From: a virus
Lineage: Duplodnaviria > Caudoviricetes
Virus record (IMG/VR): IMGVR_UViG_3300021431_000120
Coordinates: 4,744 to 68,743 of that record
Length of the DNA stretch: 64,000 bases
Strand: one strand, 5' to 3'
Positions 36,028 through 44,626 of the stretch are shown piece by piece. The notes beneath the pieces are model-generated. The model was given only the letters and a program-made list of their open reading frames with translations, was not told the origin of the DNA and did no database searches. How positions within the stretch are numbered: the first letter of the stretch is position 1; each line of letters opens with the position of its first letter. A program made the translations under genes and the position numbers.

Positions 36028-36185
36028 TGAATTCTTGCGGTTTTCAGTTAAAAAAGCCGGGACAGACAGGGCCTCTCATAAGAAAGGTGGGCACTCCCTG
36101 GCTGCTCCGGCTGTATTTCCCTTTTCTGCGCCGTACCCCTAAGCGCCGGATTGCAAAAATAAAAAAGACTTCTCGAAAAAACAAG

Positions 36186-36253
36186 CGACGCGGGGAGGAT
36201 TCGAACCTCCCAAACCACTGTCCGCGTCCAATGCGGGTCTCTCCCCGCCGTCA
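36186..36253 (-). ncRNA. Degenerate/minimal tRNA-like element
   Basis: Perfect T-arm GGAGG-TTCGAAT-CCTCC followed by CCGCGTC-G. It can pair with GACGCGG as a 43-nt mini-tRNA (36186-36228), or form a D-armless cloverleaf with a CCGC-ATTGGAC-GCGG arm (UGG, Pro). Confidence 0.5.
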
Positions 36254-36418
36254 CACCTGCCTGCAATTGCCGTATGAGCTTTACATCGGGACAACTTTCT
36301 CCGAGGAACCTACATACTATTAACCACACAAGAAAAGCCGGCGGGGTTCAGTCCCTCATATTGCAGACGTACCCGGATGCGGTGTCGGCATCCACGCTAT
36401 TTACTCCCGATACCGCCG

Positions 36419-36697
36419 TTATTCAGAAAAGAACTTCCTGTACGCTTCCTTGCACTCCGACTCGCTCGCGAAAAGCACGTCCGCATCCACGATGCCCTGA
36501 TGACCGCAGAGCTGATACTGCTCCTTCACTATCATCTGGCCGGCATCCAGCTTCTCCTTGATGCTCTTCCCGGAGTCCTGCTGAACTCCCTCAAGAGGAA
36601 CAGGCACATACAAAGCACCATAGACATCATCCTCCTCGATCCGCATCGAGAGGCTGTTGAACAAATACACATGTTCGCCACAATTGAATTTACTCAT
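36419..36697 (-). CDS. Hypothetical protein
   Basis: 92-aa ORF in operon context. Confidence 0.65.
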   Translation of the reverse strand: MSKFNCGEHVYLFNSLSMRIEEDDVYGALYVPVPLEGVQQDSGKSIKEKLDAGQMIVKEQYQLCGHQGIVDADVLFASESECKEAYRKFFSE

Positions 36698-37211
36698 CTT
36701 TCTCAGTATTTATTGTTATCAATTCCTTCGCCATCGGCAATGACTCAATCCACTTGCAAAACCCGTGCCATTCCGGAAGACGGTGGTTCTTCCTCTGCAA
36801 CCATATCCGACGCAGGCACTGGTACGAGAAGTACCCCACCTTCGTCAGTTCCTTCCCCATCGGAATCTCGGACTTCGCCTTCTGCAACTCAGCCCCGCTC
36901 AGCCCCCTGCAGTCGATATGCATCGTGCTCTCGCTCATCAGCCTCTCGTGACCCGCCCGGTATGTCTCCTCCTCGCACCACCAGTACACCGGTGCGGTCA
37001 CCCTCGCCCAGACCACCACTCCACGCAACACCTTCGCGTGCTCGTCGCCAGCCCTCACCAGCCGCTGAAGCAACTCCAGGTCGCGGGGATCCACACCGAC
37101 AACCACCCCTCCTTGCAGACGAGCGTCGCTCCGCTCCTCCTTCCCATAAGACAGCCTCAACGCATTGAAAGCACTGCGGAATCCCGCAATCTCCAATGTC
37201 TCTATCTTCAT
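36690..37211 (-). CDS. Hypothetical protein, possibly ThyX-like fold
   Basis: Likely start is ATG 37211 (MKIETLEIAGFRSAFNALRL). It contains EHAKVLRG...APVYWW.E.ETYR...ESTMH...NHRLPEW. The fold call is weak. Confidence 0.45.
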   Translation of the reverse strand: MKIETLEIAGFRSAFNALRLSYGKEERSDARLQGGVVVGVDPRDLELLQRLVRAGDEHAKVLRGVVVWARVTAPVYWWCEEETYRAGHERLMSESTMHIDCRGLSGAELQKAKSEIPMGKELTKVGYFSYQCLRRIWLQRKNHRLPEWHGFCKWIESLPMAKELITINTEKDE

Positions 37212-37579
37212 CGGTAATCGCCCTCCCCGGCTACGACACCCCTGGCCTTCCTGCTCGACAACTTCTCCAGGTTCCGCTTGGCTACCGTCTCCAAATCCCA
37301 GCCCATCACACTGCACAGACCGCTCAACTGCCAGAGCACGTCGCCGGCTTCCAGCATAAGACCCTCCTCGGCAGCCTCCCACTCATCCATGTCCATGCCA
37401 TCCTCCACGGGTAGCAACTCGTTCTCGCTCACCTCCAGCTTGCCCTTCCGGACCAACTTGCCGACCTTGCTGGCAAACTCACCCAGCTCGCCCGCCAGGT
37501 TGAGGAACATATAAGCGAAATTCTCGCTCTCCGGCAGACATGTCTCCATCGCCGCCTTCTGGTACTCATTCAACTGCAT
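37208..37579 (-). CDS. MazG-like nucleotide pyrophosphohydrolase
   Basis: LNEYQKAA...LAGELGE...EAGDVLWQLSGLC...NLEKL.SR...G.G..R. Confidence 0.85.
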   Translation of the reverse strand: MQLNEYQKAAMETCLPESENFAYMFLNLAGELGEFASKVGKLVRKGKLEVSENELLPVEDGMDMDEWEAAEEGLMLEAGDVLWQLSGLCSVMGWDLETVAKRNLEKLSSRKARGVVAGEGDYR

Positions 37580-37757
37580 CTTCTTCTACGTATTTACAGT
37601 AATCCACTTCGACACTGGGCCTACCGACCATCCGGTCCCTCCGGTCCAGCTCGTCTCGCACCTCTATCAGTGCCGCCTTGCGGACCTCGAACTCCCGCTC
37701 CAGGTCCTCCCTTTTTAGATTCATCAGATTCATAATTTCCGGCCACAAATCTACCAC
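37566..37757 (-). CDS. Small coiled-coil hypothetical protein
   Basis: 63-aa ORF in operon context. Confidence 0.5.
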   Translation of the reverse strand: MVDLWPEIMNLMNLKREDLEREFEVRKAALIEVRDELDRRDRMVGRPSVEVDYCKYVEEDAVE

Positions 37758-37778
37758 TTTTCTACGACATATCCAAAC

Positions 37779-38240
37779 TCAGGCGTCCTGCCAGTACAGT
37801 CCCCCAGCAGTCTTCTGCCTGCCGTTGAGGCACGACCGGATCAAATCCTCCCGCACCCCGGAGCCCAGGCTGGCATCCCGGACTGACTGCCACATCCCTA
37901 TCAACTCTCCTTCGCGGTCCCATGCCTTACACCACCTCACCGCAGGCTTCCTGCCCCTCTTCCCTCCTTCCTTCTCGTCGCACCACTCCAGGTTCTCCGC
38001 CCTGTTATCCGCAACGTCCCCGTTCTTGTGACGCACGTACCTCCGGCACTCGCTGTTCGGCACGAACGCCCTGGCAACCAGGTACGCTATCTTCACCCTC
38101 TTGCCGTGCAGGTTCACCCCCACACCGCCGATGGGCTCCAAAGGCAACCCGCCGGACCAGACCCGACCGTCGTCGCTCACGCTGTAACGACCGTCCACCT
38201 TCGCGAACCGGACGTCACGCCTGCCCCTGAACACACCCAT
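37779..38240 (-). CDS. Compact NUMOD4/HNH/NUMOD1-like protein
   Basis: RYSVSDDGRV; LVARAFVPN...VRHKNGDVADNRAENLEW; SVRDASLGSG. Confidence 0.7.
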   Translation of the reverse strand: MGVFRGRRDVRFAKVDGRYSVSDDGRVWSGGLPLEPIGGVGVNLHGKRVKIAYLVARAFVPNSECRRYVRHKNGDVADNRAENLEWCDEKEGGKRGRKPAVRWCKAWDREGELIGMWQSVRDASLGSGVREDLIRSCLNGRQKTAGGLYWQDA

Positions 38241-38388
38241 ACACGTCTCCGTATCCTGTTATCACCTCGCCCTCGCCGGGAACCGACAGGACCGCAAACG
38301 TCTGGGCCAGCATCTCAACAACAGACTTCACGCGGGACTCGCCGTAAAGGACGCTCTGCCCCAGCCTCAATGACTCTTTAGCTATCAT
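38215..38388 (-). CDS. Small hypothetical protein
   Basis: Likely start is ATG 38388 (MIAKESLRLG). Confidence 0.45.
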   Translation of the reverse strand: MIAKESLRLGQSVLYGESRVKSVVEMLAQTFAVLSVPGEGEVITGYGDVYGCVQGQA

Positions 38389-38393
38389 ATCTC

Positions 38394-38738
38394 TTAATGC
38401 TTTTTGAAATCGACTCCACCAGCAAACTCCGTGCCATACCAACACGGGGTGATCTCCTTCACCTTCTCTACATCCGACCTCTTTATTATAACGGGCATGT
38501 CCCCGGGAGCCACATACCTCCGGTTATCTCCCGAGAGCCCCGCCACTACCCAGCCTCCGCCCTTCACCTTCACCGCGTACATCCTCTCGACCCACCTCAG
38601 CAACACGCCCTGGCATTCCCGGCACTCCTTGACAGCCTTCGACACCGCCACCGGCGTCACTCCCAGGACCTCGGATGCCTCCTCCAGACCCGAAAACATG
38701 CGAAAATCCCGCATCGACAACAAAATCCGCTTACTCAT
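38394..38738 (-). CDS. NUMOD1-like HTH protein, first gene of the leftward operon
   Basis: FSGLEEASEVLGVTPVAVSKAV; it follows the promoter at 38769-38776. Confidence 0.55.
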   Translation of the reverse strand: MSKRILLSMRDFRMFSGLEEASEVLGVTPVAVSKAVKECRECQGVLLRWVERMYAVKVKGGGWVVAGLSGDNRRYVAPGDMPVIIKRSDVEKVKEITPCWYGTEFAGGVDFKKH

Positions 38739-38768
38739 ACTGCGAAAAATTTAAACTTGAATTTTCGG

Positions 38769-38776
38769 CAAAAATA
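38769..38776 (-). promoter_or_regulatory. Leftward promoter -7 box
   Basis: TATTTTTG, about 30 nt upstream of ATG 38738. Confidence 0.6.
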
Positions 38777-38804
38777 GACCTTTTTCTGAAAAATGCAAAA
38801 AAAA

Positions 38805-39072
38805 TGTAGGGTCCGTGTAGGGAGACTACACAAAAAATCGCCCTCTCAGCACTCTCGGTGCAGGGTCGTGTAGGCAGTGTAGGCTGAAACCCTTATATAT
38901 TCTATTTTCTCTGCACTATATACCTATTTGCCAACAACCCACTTGATAATTAATACCTAACTACACAAACTACACAACACAGATAAAGTATTTGATAACT
39001 ACATACTTAAGTTGTGTAGGGAAGTGTGAACACTGGTCGGTTATTCGCGTTTTGCCATACATCACCCTACAC
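38805..39072. repeat. Iterated GTGTAG/CTACAC motifs (candidate origin or packaging signal)
   Basis: About nine copies in both orientations, at about 38805, 38815, 38826, 38868, 38877, 38961, 38970, 39014 and 39067, in non-coding DNA. Confidence 0.6.
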
Positions 39073-39161
39073 AGCCAAAAAATCATGAAAAAAAATTTCA
39101 GAATCTAACCACGGTCTTTCCCGCGTTGCCCTGGCCCTACCCCTTGCACCCCTTTCCGGAT

Positions 39162-39397
39162 TTAAAACGTTTTAACCCTTTGCATTTCAGTATTAAAACG
39201 GTCGTTTTGATGTTGGTAACGCTTTGATTATCAATTAGTTACAACGTTTTAATTTTATGTAACATTTTTGTTACATTTTGGCCTGACATTTTGTCATGCC
39301 ATTTTGTCAGTCTGACTGCCATTTTGTCAGGTTGAGTGTATTAGGTAGGTAGGACACATTTTTTTTGTGTGGTGCTGTCTGGATCTAAAACGTTTTA
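39162..39397. repeat. Palindromes and short repeats in an AT-rich region
   Basis: TTAAAACGTTTTAA (39162-39175), TAAAACGTTTTA (39386-39397), ATGTAAC...GTTACAT, and three CATTTTGTCA copies at about 39285-39330. Confidence 0.6.
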
Positions 39398-39533
39398 ATA
39401 GGTAGTTCCGTATTATATTATATAGGTATAATGTAACTAATTGAAAATCAATGTTTTAACAAAAAGCGTAAAAAAGGACATTTTTGGAGAAGTTTTGACC
39501 ATCATTTTTTTTGGTAGTATTAAATTTTTGCCG

Positions 39534-39541
39534 TATCTTTG
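39534..39541 (+). promoter_or_regulatory. Rightward early promoter 1
   Basis: TATCTTTG, preceded by TTTTGGTAGTAT. Confidence 0.65.
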
Positions 39542-39583
39542 TAGTGGAAAAAGGAAAGAAAGAAATATTAAAAACTTATAGTT

Positions 39584-39757
39584 ATGAGCAATTTTTGGAA
39601 ATGGCAAAAAGTATGGAACAAAGCGGACGCAAAATGTAAAGAAACATTTAATGCATGGAAAAATGCAGACGGATTTGCACTAGATTTATGGAATGTTTAC
39701 GATAGATACTACAAACTTCGCAAATATATCTTTGATAGACAATTAGCAAGTGAATAG
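39584..39757 (+). CDS. Small hypothetical protein (57 aa), first rightward gene
   Basis: Read by hand as MSNFWKWQKVWNKADAKCKETFNAWKNADGFALDLWNVYDRYYKLRKYIFDRQLASE. Confidence 0.6.
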   Translation: MSNFWKWQKVWNKADAKCKETFNAWKNADGFALDLWNVYDRYYKLRKYIFDRQLASE

Positions 39758-39811
39758 TAAAGAAAGATAAAAAAAGTTGTATAAAATTTTGGTAGTATAA
39801 AAAATAAATAC

Positions 39812-39819
39812 TATATTTG
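39812..39819 (+). promoter_or_regulatory. Rightward early promoter 2
   Basis: TATATTTG, preceded by TTTTGGTAGTAT. Confidence 0.65.
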
Positions 39820-39857
39820 TAGCAAACAAAGTAAAACACATTAAAAACTATTTTATT

Positions 39858-40409
39858 ATGAAAACAATTGATATTAAAAAAGTTGCGGAGCAAATTGCGG
39901 TAAATTGCACCACATGCAAAGACGTTGCAAACCGTTTTTCAGAACTTGTTAACAAGTTCGGAAAAGATGATGCAAAGCAAATTCAAGCACTTGCAAAAAG
40001 TATCGTAAAAGAAAGTACACTAAACAAAACCACGGAAACAAACGATACAATTTTATTCCTTAAATCTAACAAAGTTGCAAAAATTGCTTTTCGTGAATAT
40101 TTGAAAGAGAATGGGAATAACGGTTTTGTTGATACTTTGGTAAATCGTGTTTTCGGTGGGGATATTGACAAACTTTGCAAAAAGTATTATACCCTTGTAT
40201 CGGATAAGGACGAATTTTTGAACGCATACAAAACCGAAAACGAAAACGGCACTGTTTCAATTGAGTACAAGGTGAAAAACACGGAAACTGTTGTAGGTTA
40301 TCTTGCAGTCCTCAAAAAAGCAATAAAAAACGCTTTGTATTGTGCAAAGGGTGGAAATTTCGAAAAAATTCACACCGTTATAAGTTCCGAAAATGTAACA
40401 AGGGAATAA
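39858..40409 (+). CDS. AT-rich hypothetical protein
   Basis: 183-aa Lys-rich ORF with visibly lower GC than the rest of the genome. Confidence 0.7.
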   Translation: MKTIDIKKVAEQIAVNCTTCKDVANRFSELVNKFGKDDAKQIQALAKSIVKESTLNKTTETNDTILFLKSNKVAKIAFREYLKENGNNGFVDTLVNRVFGGDIDKLCKKYYTLVSDKDEFLNAYKTENENGTVSIEYKVKNTETVVGYLAVLKKAIKNALYCAKGGNFEKIHTVISSENVTRE

Positions 40410-41088
40410 AAAACCTTTTTTAATCTTTGCAAGGGTGAAACTTTGCAAAGGTTCTAAAAATCCGGATAAATTTATATTTTAATATTCCGGTATTGCATGA
40501 ATTTGCAATTTTGTTGTTTTGTGGTCTGAATTGATTCCAAAACGGCAAAAAATCAAAGGACATAGTAAACAGATTTTTTCAAGGGTTTGCAAATAATAGG
40601 GTTTGCAAGTTTTTGAAAAAATCCGGTTGCGTCGGAAAGTCCCGAACACGTTGCAGTGAAAGAGAAAGTAACGCGGGGCGTTTTTTATCCATATACATAA
40701 CGATTTGAACGGTTGAACTATATCCGAACGGTTCCGCCTGGTAGGTCGTTATGGGGTTTGAACGGTAGCGGAAAAAGAACGAATAACGAGAACGATAAGG
40801 GACTATAATAAAAGTGTGGCCTGGCACAACTCAGGCGAGCGAGGGCGTTGCTATAAATGCCGTATGATCCGGAAGCGACCCGACCCGATGACCTCGAACC
40901 AGGACGAACGAAAAGCGAAATTACGATGTTGCAAGGGAGCCGAAGATCCCGAGCGACAGATTTGCTATGGCGTTGAAAGTTATTACCATACTTGTCCGAA
41001 GTGGACGAGGCAAAGGGATTGACGCGAACGGCTGCCGGAGCGTGGAGCGTTACCACGTGCCGGCACGAACTATTTAAATGAGCGAGTT

Positions 41089-41343
41089 ATGAAAACAATT
41101 CAGATTGCCCCCTATAGGGAGGACTGCCGGATAGACGGCAAAAAAGTTATTGGAACGATGGCTGGACGAACGTTTGTCTTTGAACTGCCTGCACGGGTGC
41201 GGATGCCCGAGGACGGAGCAACCAGAGCAACGATGATTAGCAATTTCTGTGAAGCGATTGCCCTATCGAGCAAGCCATGGCAGGTCGAACAGCTCTTGAA
41301 CGAGCATTGGCAGATTAAGGGTGGAAAATTCTACGAGTTATGA
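41089..41343 (+). CDS. Hypothetical early protein
   Basis: 84-aa ORF with an AGTTATG start context. Confidence 0.6.
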   Translation: MKTIQIAPYREDCRIDGKKVIGTMAGRTFVFELPARVRMPEDGATRATMISNFCEAIALSSKPWQVEQLLNEHWQIKGGKFYEL

Positions 41344-41512
41344 GCAATTACACGCAGTATGACTGGGCGACCGATAGGCTGGCCCGGACGACATGGGACG
41401 AGGATTCATTCCTGTCAGGAATCGACCGCCGGATGAACAAGCGGGCGAAGAGGACGAACAAGATGCGGAAGAGCCACCGCAATTATGTATAACCAACAAA
41501 AACAAAGCAACG

Positions 41513-41731
41513 ATGAAAGCAACGATTAACGGCAATTGGCTTGTGGACGCTGAATTTTTGGACAGCGCGGACAAGGATTACACATGGTTTCGCTTCCCTA
41601 TCGGGGACGAGCGGACGAACGTGGGCGAACTGCTCGAGGCGGTTTCCGAGGGGACTATTTTGAAGGTCTTCAAGGGGTACCGTTCATGGATGGTTATGGT
41701 GAGGACTGAAACGATAAAGTGGGATGAATAG
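41513..41731 (+). CDS. Hypothetical early protein
   Basis: Likely start is ATG 41513 (MKATINGNW). Confidence 0.5.
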   Translation: MKATINGNWLVDAEFLDSADKDYTWFRFPIGDERTNVGELLEAVSEGTILKVFKGYRSWMVMVRTETIKWDE

Positions 41732-41921
41732 TTTCGAGAAGATAGTGGTGGCGTTGCTGGGAGTGATTGCCATCAGTGGGGCCGTAACGGCTTACGAGAT
41801 CAGGCAGATAGCGAAGGAGGGGTTTGATGTGGAGTTGACGTTGGAGCAGGCGGACGAGTTGGAGGAAGAGGTGAACGGTGCAGCGGAGGCGGCTTTCGAA
41901 GATATGGAGGGCGAGCGATGA
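41724..41921 (+). CDS. Small membrane-anchored acidic protein
   Basis: N-terminal hydrophobic helix (IVVALLGVIAISGAVTAY) and an acidic tail. Confidence 0.55.
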   Translation: MNSFEKIVVALLGVIAISGAVTAYEIRQIAKEGFDVELTLEQADELEEEVNGAAEAAFEDMEGER

Positions 41922-42076
41922 TTGGGATAATGATTCTTAGCGTCCTTGTTCTCCGCTGGTGTGCGGAGCAGGGCGAAGAGTAGTGAACGGGCCGGCTCTG
42001 GGGGACTGGGGCCGGCTTGCAAATAAGCGATGGGACCGGCTTGGACGGGTTCCGAAGACGAGCAAAAGAGTTTACA

Positions 42077-42388
42077 ATGAAGACTTACACAATTCTGCTG
42101 GGTCTGAATGACAAGGACAGCAAAACACAGAAGTACGACACGATTGAGGCGTACAAGGTGACGAACAATCTGGTTCTATCGAGGATTGGATTTGGAACTA
42201 TCAGCCAGGCGTATGGTGTTTATACGCACGAGGACGGGACGCCCGTAGTGGAAACGAGTTTGAGGATTGAGATAGCGGGCGACGACATCCGGCCGAAGGT
42301 GACCGGTTTGATCGAGTCACTGAAGGAAGTGTTCAACCAGGAATCCGTAATGCTGAGCGAAACGGAGTCCGCAGTGAGTTATCTGTAG
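42077..42388 (+). CDS. SAM lyase/DUF3574-like small protein
   Basis: GVYTHEDG..VVETS.RIE......LKEVFNQESVML resembles the G.Y..E...E.S/T...F.Q(E/D)SV signature. Likely start is ATG 42077. Confidence 0.55.
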   Translation: MKTYTILLGLNDKDSKTQKYDTIEAYKVTNNLVLSRIGFGTISQAYGVYTHEDGTPVVETSLRIEIAGDDIRPKVTGLIESLKEVFNQESVMLSETESAVSYL

Positions 42389-42390
42389 TT

Positions 42391-42606
42391 ATGAAAGCGA
42401 TTGAAGGTGATGCTCGGATGTGGTTGATTATCAACACGGCCGAGTACAACAATGACGGTCTATGGGCTGCCCAGGCGGCCAAGTACGATGAGCTTGATGG
42501 GCTCGGGTTTGATGTTGAGGAACGCGGGCGGATTGAGCAGATGTCGGTCAGCGAGGTGCTGATGGACTTTGTTTACAACGGGGTGATAGTGGTGAGAGTG
42601 TCATAA
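42391..42606 (+). CDS. Hypothetical early protein
   Basis: 71-aa ORF with a TAGTTATG start context. Confidence 0.55.
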   Translation: MKAIEGDARMWLIINTAEYNNDGLWAAQAAKYDELDGLGFDVEERGRIEQMSVSEVLMDFVYNGVIVVRVS

Positions 42607-42627
42607 TATCAAGTAGGAGGAATAGTT

Positions 42628-43002
42628 ATGGAAAAGGAAACATTAAAAAGCGATTTTGGACTGTCTATTGGGCAGTTCTTCAGACCTAACAAGAAGAGGG
42701 TCGAGAAAATGATTGAGAACATTCAGAAGTTGATGCCGATAATTGATTCGGTGCTCGACAAGCCGGTGGACGAGAATAACCCGCATTTCTGCTGCGGAGA
42801 CCTTTTGGAAAACCTGAAGGATGCGCTTTCCGACCTGACCGGGGAGATGGACCACTACGAAAAGATGTTCCGAGCAAAAGCGGCTGCATGGGATAGGTTC
42901 CCGGAGGAAGAGTATGCGGACGAGGACGAGAGGAACGCCCAAGACTCTTGCCGTCGCGGATTTATTTATGGTTTTCTTGATGCATTAGACAACAAAGAAT
43001 AG
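42628..43002 (+). CDS. Hypothetical early protein
   Basis: 124-aa ORF. Confidence 0.6.
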   Translation: MEKETLKSDFGLSIGQFFRPNKKRVEKMIENIQKLMPIIDSVLDKPVDENNPHFCCGDLLENLKDALSDLTGEMDHYEKMFRAKAAAWDRFPEEEYADEDERNAQDSCRRGFIYGFLDALDNKE

Positions 43003-43004
43003 TT

Positions 43005-43424
43005 ATGGAAACATTTATCGACTACTGCAAGAACTACGTACTTGAGCACATTGACGGGTACGAGGGACAAGAGGTGTATTTGTGCGACCTGGGATTCACT
43101 CTGACAGAGGGACCGAACTGCGATGGGACACTGACTTACTCGACGGCTAAGGCGATGGATTACCTCGCCGAGTGGCGTTGGGAAGCTGCCGACTATTGGC
43201 AGTATGAGAAGGACAATTTCGGAGATAATTTGCACAACCCATTTGACAATCCCGAAGCCTATATGGTCTGCATGGTCATTGAAGGCGTGCGAGCACTGAT
43301 TGACGGAGCCATCTGGAAATTGGGGTTGGATGATGAATGGAACGATGAGGTTGAACTGACTGCCGACCTCATTGAGAAGATTAAGGGTGCAGTCAAAGAG
43401 TTTGACGGAGAAAGTTTGTTTTAG
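43005..43424 (+). CDS. Highly acidic early protein
   Basis: 139 aa, rich in D/E and aromatic residues. Confidence 0.7.
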   Translation: METFIDYCKNYVLEHIDGYEGQEVYLCDLGFTLTEGPNCDGTLTYSTAKAMDYLAEWRWEAADYWQYEKDNFGDNLHNPFDNPEAYMVCMVIEGVRALIDGAIWKLGLDDEWNDEVELTADLIEKIKGAVKEFDGESLF

Positions 43425-43426
43425 TT

Positions 43427-43855
43427 ATGGAATACAAAGTAGAAAGCAGCCTGTGGGACTTCCCGGCATGGTCTGGCGGCAAGGATACGCTGGACACACT
43501 GAAAGAAAAGAACGATGTGGATGCGGTCGAGAGTTGGATTGACGGATTGGGTTTGGATGATCCGACCGATACAACCATCAATGACATCCTGTGGTTCGAG
43601 CGAGATATGATTGCGGAGGGGTTGGGTTATCGCGATTGGGAGGCATACGAGGAGGGATGGAGTGAGAGTGACTTGGAGGATGCCGAGGATTGGTTTCCCG
43701 GCACCGACTTCGATATGATGGAGAAGATTTCGGGATTGAAGAGGACGGATTATAGTGAAGAGGATGGATACGAGGAGTTTGTGGAGGCGGTTCAAGAATG
43801 GTGGGATTCTTTGGATGACGCGAAGAAAGTGGAGGTGTATTATGAGTACGATTAA
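43427..43855 (+). CDS. Highly acidic early protein
   Basis: 142 aa; FPAWSGGKDTL...TTINDILWFE; D/E/W-rich. Confidence 0.7.
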   Translation: MEYKVESSLWDFPAWSGGKDTLDTLKEKNDVDAVESWIDGLGLDDPTDTTINDILWFERDMIAEGLGYRDWEAYEEGWSESDLEDAEDWFPGTDFDMMEKISGLKRTDYSEEDGYEEFVEAVQEWWDSLDDAKKVEVYYEYD

Positions 43856-44051
43856 GGAGTTGGATAATTTGTGCCGGCGAAGCATCGAGGACTATGACGA
43901 GAAAGTGAGTATTGCTTGGGGTTACATGGACCGGATGCGATGCCCTCTAAGCATGGCCTTCCCGGGGCTGTATGACGAGATTGTTGGAGTCCTGGAGGAT
44001 AACGAGATAGAGTGGGAAGAGTTGGATATAGAGGAGATAATAAGCGTATGA
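43842..44051 (+). CDS. Small acidic early protein
   Basis: Likely start is ATG 43842 (MSTIKELD). Confidence 0.55.
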   Translation: MSTIKELDNLCRRSIEDYDEKVSIAWGYMDRMRCPLSMAFPGLYDEIVGVLEDNEIEWEELDIEEIISV

Positions 44052-44311
44052 AGACAGTTTATGCTTTTGGAGAGCCCGTGCCGGAGGAGTTTTTGGCCGG
44101 GCTTTTGGCTGATGGATGGTCGGAGGATGAACTGACGACCGAGAATTTAGAAACGTATTTAGAGTATGAGCGACGCGATTGTGAATGATGTGTGGGCAGT
44201 GATTCACAGGATAGAATCGGCCACGAAGAAAGACGATGTAACGAGCCTTGACCGAAAGGTCTTGGAGGACTTGTTGTTGGATGTGTATGGGAAATTAATA
44301 GGAATGGTATT

Positions 44312-44626
44312 ATGAAAAAGTTTGAAGATTTTACGAGAGAAGATTTGTGGGCACTCCGTCAAGAGATTGTCCTGAATTCACTATTCATTGCGGACTATGA
44401 GAACAGCTTTGGCATTGACGCTCATTCTGTCTGCGAGTTTTTCGATTCGTTTATGAGCTATGCCCAGGGGGAAGAGCGAGAGGACGGCTTTGAGGGTGAG
44501 AGTATCGAGGAGTTCTTCGAGCGGTACGACAATGCCGACCTGCTTTGGGAATGGTATTGCTGCTACGAGGATTTCTCATGGGTGGATTACGAAGAGGAAG
44601 AATATGAAATGATGGAGGCTGCGTGA
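44312..44626 (+). CDS. Extremely acidic early protein
   Basis: 104 aa, about 31 D/E versus 6 K/R by hand count. Confidence 0.7.
   Translation: MKKFEDFTREDLWALRQEIVLNSLFIADYENSFGIDAHSVCEFFDSFMSYAQGEEREDGFEGESIEEFFERYDNADLLWEWYCCYEDFSWVDYEEEEYEMMEAA

Noticed and set aside
40600-41088. Repeated GAACGGT words and a small Cys-containing ORF
   Set aside because: Only three or four short, irregular copies and no convincing structure or coding signal, so it is too weak to call.
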